From: Phoronis australis
Lineage: Eukaryota > Animalia > Phoronida
DNA length: 64,000 nt
Assembly (NCBI GenBank): GCA_002633005.1
Contig: NMRA01000233.1
Span: 1 to 64,000 of the forward strand
Direction: 5' to 3'
Part shown: piece after piece, positions 56,801-64,000 of the stretch
Layout: the number at the start of each line of letters is the position of its first letter
How positions within the stretch are numbered: the stretch's first letter is position 1
Position numbers and translations under genes: made by a program
Notes under the pieces: model-generated
Told to the model about the DNA's origin: nothing
The model's database searches: none
The model's input: the letters and a program-made list of their open reading frames with translations, nothing else

Positions 56801-59800
56801 CGCGACAATTCGTCGGCAAGGACCATCTTGGGTCCTGGCCTGTATTTGATCTGATAGTCATATTTTTGTAAACGCAGGAGCATGCACTGCAGTCTGGCAG
56901 GCGCCTTGTGCAGAGGCTTGGCCATAATCATTTCCAGTGGATTATGGTCACTTTCTATAAGGAATGGTTGGCCAAAAAGGTATGTATGAAAACGTTCTGC
57001 ACCAAAAACACATGCGAGTAGTCCTCGCTCGATGTTAGCGTAACGACTCTCTGTGTCTCTGAGCGTCTTAGAGGCAAACGCGATGGGCCGACCCTTTTGC
57101 GTCAATGCCGCACCTAGGGCAGACTAAGATGCGTCGACCTGCACGACCGCTGGGATCTTCGGGTCAAAATAGTGTAGGTAGCTTGATTCGTTGATGGTTT
57201 TCTTGAGATTGTCAAATGCGGTCTGCTGTTCATGTTGCCATTGGAAATCAGTCTTGTCGCATTAGGGCTCTTAGAGGGGCAGAGGTTTCACTGACATTTG
57301 GTATAAATGAAGATATGTATGTAATCATGCCAAGGAAAAAACGAAGCTCCTGCGCGTTGGATGGTGCCTATATGTCGGTTATTGCCTTTACCTTTGATGG
57401 GTCAGGGCGTACTCCTGTGTGGTCATAAATTTGCCCAAAGAATTCTATTTCGTGTGCGCCAATAATGCATTTGTCCTTGTTGAAGACCATGCCATGCAGG
57501 CGACAGTAACAGTATCTGCCAAAGGGCGTGCTGAACGTGGTAAGATATTGGCTGGGTTCGTAGAGCTGTATAGCCCGTAACCAGACTTGAGATCGAGCTT
57601 ACTGAAAACGGTTGCACTGCTGAAGAAATGGGTGAGTTCTTCAACAGTGAGGGTGTGGTGTTGACAACGTTTCAGGGCGCGGTTGAGATCCTGAGGGTCG
57701 AGGCAGATTCTTAGGTCCCCGCTCTTCTTTTCGACATATGTAGCACTGGACACCCAGTCTGTAGGAATGTCGACTGGTCGAATCACAACGAGGTCTTGCA
57801 TGCGTTTGAGCTCTGTCAGAATCTTATCGCATAGGTGGATCGGTGCTTTTCTTGGGGCGTGAAGAACCGGCTCTTGGTCCTTTTTTAGTGTCAGCATCTT
57901 GACCCCTGGGAATTTTCCGCTGCCTTTTAACTGGTCTGGGAACAAGGCGAGGAGGTCTGCAGTTGAGCTGACTTGAGTGTTAGGTAGCCTGGAGACTGAT
58001 TGTTCAATTGAACACTGGATTGTCACAAGACCCAGGAGGTTGCACATCGTGCAGCCAAACAGGACAACACCATCGTCATCTGTAACCATAAACTCAACAG
58101 CCATCCATTTGCTCTGGCCCCATTGGCATTTTAATGTGAGCTTTCCCAGATTGGTAATGTGTGAGCCACCATACATGTATAGGCGCGAGGTTGACGGTGA
58201 TGTCAGGGTAGGATTGCCATTCGGTGTCAGGTGGTTTGGGAACATGCGACGGTAGGTTCTGAGTGGGAGGAGGTTACCACTAGTGCCAGTATTCACCTTG
58301 CCTCTGAGGGTACCTTGTTTACGGTGTTCGTGCTAAATTTTAATGCCAGCAAAATCTTCTAGTTTGGCATCAGGACCGATAGAGTCAAAAGAGATTTCGT
58401 CAGTCTCAGGTACATGAGAAGTAGCGTGGAACCGCTGTGGGTTGGGTGGTGGGTGAGCCTTGGGCCTTGTAACCGGGTTGCCTGATGAGCGACAGACATC
58501 TCCCCAATGTCCCACCTTTCCACATCGGTCGCAGGTTTCTCCCTTAGCCGGACATTGGCTGCGATATCTATGCCACTCTTTTCTACAGTTTCCACATGTG
58601 TCGTTGGGTAAGGGTTTTCTATCTGTGTAGCGTTTTGCAGAGCTCTCTTCACGTGCATGTCTTTTGATGGCATGGATTTCCGTGGTGGGACCACCGATTT
58701 GTTGCAGTTGTGCTTGGGTGCATTCATACGTACGAGCGATATCAAGAGCATGTTTCAGCTTGAGTTTGTCCGGGTCTTGTTCGAGTAGTTTCTTCTGAAC
58801 TTGTTGTGAGTGCACCCTTGGATGATTTGGTCAAGTATTGCGTCGTCTGTAGCATCTGGGTAGCCGAAGTTGCATTTCTCCGCGTGTGTCACCTGTCTAA
58901 GTTGAAAACGGCAAAGAGGAAAACTTGCTTTCGGCTCAAAATACTTTTCGAAGCAATCCCAAACTGTTGTCGGGTCGTCTCGCTGTTCGGGCCTGAAGTA
59001 CCAGGAATCAAAAATCTCGAGGGCTTTGGGGACCAGCCATAACAGTATATTATAGCTCACTTTAGTCGCTGGCGATTGGCTGGTGTACACAGGAGTGCTG
59101 AGAACTAGGTTGCAATACCTCTTAAAATTCTGGAACGTTTTGGGTAAGTTGTCAGTTTTCCAATCAAAGGAGGGTGGTTTCACCCCAAGTAAATTGGGGT
59201 TGTGCAGCGTTGGTTGAGGGGTCTTCTCTGTCTGACATTGTGGTGGCGTGGAGTTGGGGTATTGTAAAGTAAATTGGAAAAAACTCACTGGTATGGCAAT
59301 TTTTATGTAAGGTGAAAAAATTGCAAAAACCACAACGCAGTGTTCAAATGGTGGTCTCCGGCTGATCGGACTCCGAGCCACGCGCCAGGATAACAAGCGT
59401 TTTGTGTGTTTAGAACTCAAAAAATCACAAGTCTAACCCAGATCTAGGTTCTCCTGTCTGTATATCATGGAAAATACTTTGAATTTATCTCCGAATAGAC
59501 CCCAAACTCCTGCTATGGACCTTATTGGCCTGCCGAAGTTTGTCGGCCGGGCTACGGTGTGTCCAAATACCAATAAATCTGTAACAGCAAAATAAAACAA
59601 CACATTTTTATAAGAACTCGGTGTATTTTAAGGGGTATAAATCAAAGTTTGATGATTTATTGGTGTTAAATGATGAAAATTCAAGCGATAAGCTGACACC
59701 AGTTACCCGTATTAAGAACTACAGACTGCGTGTGAAAAAATTACGTTATCAGATAATTTCAACACCTCCGTCTGCCGTCAGGTAACGTAACCGTACGTGC

Positions 59801-60485
59801 TGTTATCGAGTAGAATACTCCATCTAAATTGATACAAATTAGTTTTGTTTTTGGGTGGCATGCTCCTTTAATCAGTGGTACCTAGCTGTATTTTGACAAC
59901 AGTCTTCAAACAGCTAGCTGCATGGCTGACAAGTGTGAGGCATAATTCGCCAAAAACCTTTTGGCACATGAAGGGCCTATGGGATGGCACTGGTCAAGTA
60001 TAGCGGTCCCTATTTAGAGAACCAGTTTCATCCACTAAATAACCGCCCGTTATTTGGTGATTGCCTGGTTCTCATCACTATAATTCGACCAGTGCAGGGA
60101 TGGCCACCATTTTTAGGCCTAGCCTACTTGAGACAGTGGCACTGTCCTTTTGCACAGGCCTCCTCAGCTGCTGATCATTGTCCCCAATACACTATTGTAT
60201 CATCAGACATCAGCGTTATAGTATAACGCTGATGTCTGATGATACACTCTACAGACAGTATAACTTGTACTGTCTGTAGAGTACAGTGCAATGATACGTC
60301 GTAACGTAACTCATGACTGGAGAAAAAAAAATCTTGTAGGACTATTGAACTTTTGTGGCCACCTTTGATCGGCCTCAATCGACACATTCATCATTGATGA
60401 CGGGAGATTGAAAAAGTGCTGGACACGAATGATTCAATGACAATGATATACTTACAACTACAAGAAATGCTTGTTTGACTGACAT
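20737..60485 (-). CDS. TNF receptor superfamily death receptor (OPG/DR6-like CRDs, TM, death domain); 12 coding exons, 415 aa
   Basis: Manually spliced exons 60485-60456, 45673-45316, 44590-44402, 43230-43183, 40773-40723, 38256-38107, 32531-32493, 31638-31615, 24894-24829, 23143-23060, 21675-21593, 20862-20737; all GT-AG, phases compatible, 1248 nt open to TAG. Small linker exons are less certain than the CRD/TM/DD exons. Confidence 0.88.
20906..21247. repeat. 33-bp minisatellite (~10 copies) in the last TNFR coding intron
   Basis: Unit aataacatgtaagagtgcacagtacagtaactc; it explains the repetitive ORFs at 20796-21348. Confidence 0.95.
21593..21675 (-). CDS. TNFR exon 11: death domain middle
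   Basis: GTNRLTEQEIDTIYHDHRPNGISEVMYQ (LTExEIDxI...EQxYQ-type motif); strong polypyrimidine acceptor. Confidence 0.85.
23060..23143 (-). CDS. TNFR exon 10: death domain N-terminal part
   Basis: EMTRATFFHEAADVLQTNNWKRAMRTLP (WK-x3-R-x-L death-domain motif); CAG|gtacc donor matches the phase of the next exon. Confidence 0.8.
24829..24894 (-). CDS. TNFR exon 9 (66 nt)
   Basis: ctttctttcag acceptor, AAG|gtataa donor, VIVLQPSPLLQVSPRRPLGKVK. Confidence 0.65.
29051..30640. mobile_element. Helentron/HINE-like non-autonomous element with internal tandem subrepeats, copy 1
   Basis: Starts aacaagagcaatgaggagtgttcaaatgtgcccacga (same head as 38857); recurring ccactag/aaatttcatgaaaat/gatacagagg subunits. 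Confidence 0.6.
31615..31638 (-). CDS. TNFR exon 8 (24-nt microexon)
   Basis: tttctgttacag acceptor, CAG|gtaatg donor, IVISRNGS, phase 1-1. Confidence 0.6.
32493..32531 (-). CDS. TNFR exon 7 (39 nt, juxtamembrane)
   Basis: ttttcttctatag acceptor, A|gtaagt donor, GAGEPRRSSEPEE. Confidence 0.7.
36230..37330. mobile_element. Second HINE-like repeat family with tgaccttgaaaatgaggtcaa subunits
   Basis: Repeated tgac(c/t)ttgaaaa...ggtcaa motifs at ~36500, 36655, 36907, 37113; ends in a small GC hairpin (gcccc...ggggga). Confidence 0.45.
38107..38256 (-). CDS. TNFR exon 6: transmembrane helix
   Basis: TSVPVVLGVVDTVVLAVGVTIVLCCLGGGVCGFLCWKYGCLERLRKFFK; hydrophobic helix then basic stop-transfer; AAG|gtaag donor; phase 1-1. 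Confidence 0.9.
38857..40565. mobile_element. Helentron/HINE-like element with ~145-bp subunits (~440-bp trimer), copy 2
   Basis: Head aaaacaagagcaacgtggagcattgaaatgcgc; tail aaaaatgtgggcgcataat; eleven ccactagrkggc-type motifs regularly spaced. Confidence 0.7.
40723..40773 (-). CDS. TNFR exon 5 (Ser/Thr-rich stalk, 51 nt)
   Basis: ttttttatttacag acceptor, A|gtttgt donor, ESSTSASRGEESRNHTK, phase 1-1. Confidence 0.65.
40885..41689 (-). mobile_element. Kolobok-like element copy 2 (internally deleted, inverted)
   Basis: TTAA at 40881-40884 and 41690-41693; TIRs aggagcatgccaccc / gggtggcattctcct; THAP N-terminal remnant RCIVPAC on the minus strand. Confidence 0.85.
43183..43230 (-). CDS. TNFR exon 4 (stalk, 48 nt)
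   Basis: ttttggttacag acceptor, G|gtttgt donor, GYQTVPKDVVDGVDSQ, phase 1-1. Confidence 0.65.
44402..44590 (-). CDS. TNFR exon 3: CRD3/4 and start of stalk
   Basis: GTPFSDTTCEVCPMGTFSNEYSKSQKCQPHTNC...GNSTHDSKC; phase 1-1; donor G|gtaag. Confidence 0.95.
45316..45673 (-). CDS. TNFR exon 2: cysteine-rich domains 1-3
   Basis: CYYCPPGSHRINHCTDTQQTTCSVCPQGTY...CRPCKRSC...KNCTSKNDTICRCKAGYW...CLRHRRCYFGYGVVIPG; Cys spacing as in osteoprotegerin/DR6. Confidence 0.95.
46195..46760. repeat. Degenerate ~20-bp minisatellite
   Basis: Units such as atcgatagagacattagtct with palindromic core tctatcgataga. Confidence 0.85.
48320..48750. mobile_element. Foldback/long-TIR MITE, copy 2
   Basis: agaggggcaccttaggaggccgtcaatg vs atcaatgacctcctaaggtgccctct inverted; homologous to 2318-2836. 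Confidence 0.7.
52717..52894 (-). mobile_element. Gypsy 3' LTR (178 bp) with adjacent polypurine tract
   Basis: Inverted termini tgttatgtt / aacgtaaca (TG...CA); PPT aaggggga immediately 5' on the minus strand (52895-52902). Confidence 0.8.
52717..59340 (-). mobile_element. Decayed Ty3/Gypsy (Mag-like) LTR retrotransposon, 5' LTR missing, partly duplicated by assembly
   Basis: gag with two zinc knuckles (CGNC...H...C; CDRCGKVGHWGDVC), protease VNTG (catalytic D->N), RT LRICLDPQDLN/FSKLDLKSGY with the YxDD segment deleted near 57497, RNase H (PIAFASKTL, ESDHNPL), integrase (ITDNGPQF, SHGFIERMIRTIK); many frameshifts. Confidence 0.95.
60456..60485 (-). CDS. TNFR exon 1: start of signal peptide
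   Basis: ATG TCA GTC AAA CAA GCA TTT CTT GTA GTT|gtaagt; joins exon 2 in phase 0 to give signal peptide MSVKQAFLVVVFIAYAIAVANG. Confidence 0.8.
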
Positions 60486-60706
60486 CGTCACTTCACTTTT
60501 CAGCACGTTTGCCCACTAGACTAGAACGACGTCACTGCTAAAAAACACGTAATTGTTTACAATATGACGACAATGACTTAGACACGTTCCAGTGCAACAA
60601 TCCTTAAGACTTCTTTTATAACAAAAGTTATGACAACGTTCGATAAAATTAATCAACAACACTAACTTAAATTTCAGGGAGCTGAATGAATTGTGTACCT
60701 CGGCCT

Positions 60707-60781
60707 TGCGCATGCGTCGATAACACAACCCAAACAAACGGGAATTTCCCATGTTTTGCCTAGCCCCTTTTGCTGACGTCA
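60707..60781 (-). promoter_or_regulatory. Candidate TNFR promoter module: NRF1-like, NF-kB and CRE sites
   Basis: tgcgcatgcg at ~60707-60717, GGGAATTTCCC at 60740-60750, TGACGTCA at 60774-60781; 220-300 bp upstream of the ATG in CpG-rich DNA. Confidence 0.6.
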
Positions 60782-60997
60782 CAGACTTTACAGATCACTG
60801 AAAACTCAGCCTCAAAATTATATTTTATTACCTTCGTAACGGGAATCGGTGGAGCGTCCACTAAGGACCGATATACTAATTTTTCACCCGCTCATGATTT
60901 CGCAAGGCTAGGGTTAAAAATGTTCGCCGTGTGTATTTTTTCGTATCGCAAGCGTAAGACTACCGCGGCCCCCTTGTGTCACTTGGAATCTTGCTTA

Positions 60998-61364
60998 ATG
61001 ATTTCAAGGTCGCGTATGCGTGAACTTGGTTACACGAGGAAACTTGATAAGTTCACTCAAGTACTCACGCTCACGTTGATAAAAATTTGCACTGTACTAA
61101 ATCAAATTTCGTGTTCATAAAAAACGTTAATTTAAACCAATATTTCTCCAACTATTGGCGATTTTCATTCATCACTGAAACATTCTTGATTTAACCACTA
61201 GTTCACATATTTCTCCGATTCTTTGAGACAAGTTGGACTAAAAGATAAAAGAGGTGATGACGAGGGCAGTAATTGCAAATATTCTTTACACTGAGCAAAC
61301 ATTCACCAGATTGCCCAAATAAATATTCAATTCCAAGTTCACACATACGCGATCTTGAGATCAT
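60998..61364. repeat. 32-bp inverted repeat pair (MITE-like)
   Basis: atgatttcaaggtcgcgtatgcgtgaacttgg (60998-61029) vs ccaagttcacacatacgcgatcttgagatcat (61333-61364). Confidence 0.65.
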
Positions 61365-61851
61365 AACAGGACCCGTGACGGCCTCACGCACAGCAGTGAG
61401 TACATCTTACTATAGACAGAAACAACAGAGCTATAGATACAAGACGGTTTATTAACACTAAATATAAAATATAAAACCACAAACTTATGACAATACAGAG
61501 CTAGGTGAGTACCCGACGACGCCATCACCCGGACCCCTCACTTAGCCCGGCCTCAGTCCGACAGGGGGCCGGATTCTAAATTCGCTTCAGTAGTATTAAG
61601 TCTCCAAAGCCGAAGGTTTGAAAGTAACTGATAATTTTGAAAGTTAAAGTTGAACCTATAAAGTCGCAAACTGACTGAGTACTCTTACCTTGCCGGCTAT
61701 TAACTAGAGGGGGGGGGGGGNGGGGGGGGGCGGGTAAGCCACCCCGCCCTTGGTCAGTTGCCGCAAAAAAATAAACAGCAAGAGCGTGAGGAAATATTGA
61801 GTTTATTAACTAACCCTGGTAATGAACATATGCGGCTGAAACAAGATTTAA

Positions 61852-63718
61852 AAATGTGTGCAGTTTTTGTTGTATGTGTGTGCGTGTGTCAGGCGGGGAC
61901 TAAGCTCCGGCAGATTGCGGCAAGTGTCCGATTCACGGCAGGCCACCGAGGTAATCGGTTCTCCGTGTTTTTTTTTTCCTCCGTTGTTTTGAGTAAGAGG
62001 TACACATTCTCGGAAATTCGAGCCCCCTATATTTCAGGCCAGTGCCCTCCTCCTTATGATATCCTAGATCGGCCGCTGATACGTTACTTTAAGGGTCTAA
62101 AGCTTAAGGTGAAAACCAATAAAAATGTAACATGAAATTTGCGCCCGGAAGCTTCAGTGTCGGTAGCACGGTGATATAGAGTAGCCTAAATTATTGCAAA
62201 GGGGCACAGTTAAAATGTGTTGACCGGTGCAGGTGACTGCCGATCGCCGGACGATCAGAATGCCCGGCCCCGGCGGGTTTCCCTCGCGAAACAAAACATG
62301 TCGGTTACCGTCATCGACACATTTTAAAATGCGAGTTTTCGTTTNAGGGGGGTGGGGGGGCACACACGAATTTAATGAACGAGGAAACTGCTCACCAACC
62401 GTGAAATACGGCTTCCTACCTGCTGAATACGGCCTCTACCGTGGTATACGGATTGGCTCTATTTTCCTATATTTCATAGTTGATCCGTATTTTCACATTA
62501 TATATGGGATAAAAAAGAATACACAGTTATTTGCACATAAAATATCGCACGGTTGTTTTTAAAATTCAATTTCATTCATGGTACACCGGCCACAAGTCAC
62601 ATAGTAACGTCTTAAATACAAACTAAATTCCGGCGGCGAATTTTTATGCATCACTAAAAACACGCAAACAACGCCCGAGTGCAACTGACGCTAAACGTAC
62701 TATGAAGTGAAGATAACATAAAATTAGCTCAAGTTCCCGGCGTATAAGGGCGTTCTCGTTAACACCGACTGTCATTCCTTAATTAATTCTGATCTTTTTT
62801 CACCCGTTTTTAAAAATAGACCGTAAAAGCAAAAGTGTCCTTTAACTGGATGGAGTAGGCCTAAATCAACCCAAAATCATCACAGAAGCAGTGCTGTAGT
62901 GGGTCGTAGGCGCACGTGGGCGCAGCCAATCACCTTTTAGCATTTGAGCGTAGCGCCTACGCACCGTAAGTTACGTTCAGTGCTCAAAGTGATACTGTGG
63001 GCTTTGGGCGCCTACTTACCTCTAATTTTACCACTACAGCTATGCACAGAAGTCCCACATATGCCCCGGAGAAAAGTACGCCGTTCGTGTTTTAAAAATT
63101 CCGTCANAATGTGTGCAGTTTTTGTTGTATGTGTGTGCGTGTGTCCCGTGGCGGGGACTAAGCTCCGGCAGATTGCGGCAAGTGTCCGATTCACCAGGCC
63201 ACCGAGGTAATTAAATCGGTTCTCCGTGTTTTTTGTTTTTTTTCCTCCGTTGTTTTGAGTAAGAGGTACACATTCTCGGAAATTCGAGCCCCCTATATTT
63301 CAGGCCAGTGCCCCCCCTCCTTATGATATCCTAGATCGGTTACTTTAAGGGTCTAAAGCTTAAGGTGAAAACCAATAAAAATTTAAAATGAAATTTGCGT
63401 CATCGGAAGCTTCAGTGTCGGTAGCACGGTGATATAGGGTAGCCTAAATTATTGCAAAGGGGCACAGTTAAAATGTGTTGACCGGTGCAGGTGACTGCCG
63501 ATCGCCGGACGATCAGAATGCCCGGTCCCGGCGGGTTACCCTCTCGCGAAACAAAACATGTCGGTTACCGTCATAGACACATTTTAAAATGCGAGTTTTC
63601 GTTTTACCCTATAGCATAAGCGCCTACTTACCTCTAATTTTACCACTACAGCTATGCACAGAAGTCCCACATATGCCCCGGAGAAAAGTACGCCGTTCGT
63701 GTTTTAAAAATTCCGTCA
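61852..63718. repeat. Near-identical duplications around single-N joins (61852-62344 = 63108-63604; 63008-63106 = 63620-63718)
   Basis: Duplicate boundaries coincide with N at 62345 and 63107; likely unmerged haplotypes. Confidence 0.8.
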
Positions 63719-64000
63719 ATAAATAGAACCAATCAGTGACAAGAACTACAGTGCTAATGAATGAAAGAGTACAACAGCTCAGTCTGGTCAAGTAAGAAAG
63801 GAATTGAGTTAAATGTGAAAACTGTTGGGCACTAATCAACGAGAACGTCTGTGCAACTGATAATTCTGTGAAGCAGAAAGATTACCCTGTTCTGTTTAGG
63901 TGCCCGAAAAACAAAGATAAAAACTAGCCCATTAATGCTATACACTCTGTGAAATCTCAAAAAAATAAAGCCATGGTTATATCTCTTTATTGGATTATTA

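Larger units (their letters stand above)
51835..59867 (+). mobile_element. Kolobok-like element copy 3, split by a Gypsy insertion (arms 51835-52716 and ~59341-59867)
   Basis: Both arms colinear with copy 1; TTAC/TTAA flanks; THAP remnant at ~51995-52250; the empty target site is visible at 9222-9225. Confidence 0.85.

Noticed and set aside
53085-57399. Gypsy with genuinely duplicated integrase/RNase H
   Set aside because: Duplicate edges coincide with single-N joins at 53616 and 55423; best explained as overlapping contigs or haplotypes

Overview
Eukaryotic (invertebrate, probably lophotrochozoan/mollusc-like; inferred from AT-richness and repeat types) genomic DNA, repeat-rich and draft-assembled (a 328-nt N gap plus several single-N contig joins that duplicate haplotypes). 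Two protein-coding genes are supported. (1) An intronless ER-type UDP-glycosyltransferase (14005-15585, +). (2) A 12-exon, ~40-kb minus-strand TNF-receptor-superfamily death receptor that the ORF track mostly misses. I assembled it by hand from splice sites (60485->20737, 415 aa: signal peptide, OPG/DR6-like cysteine-rich domains, Ser/Thr-rich stalk, TM helix, C-terminal death domain). Its upstream region carries a perfect NF-kB site next to CRE and NRF1-like motifs. The rest is transposon-derived: a 5'-truncated L2/CR1 LINE interrupted by a Harbinger-like MITE; three THAP-remnant TTAA-flanked (Kolobok-like) elements, one split by a decayed Ty3/Gypsy element in a three-level nest; Helentron/HINE-like elements carrying arrays of CTCF-like motifs; foldback MITEs; and minisatellites. 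I see no convincing wholly new system. The best leads are the splice-modular death receptor (TM-exon skipping would give a soluble OPG-like form), its kB-bearing promoter, and TE-borne CTCF-motif arrays in its introns.
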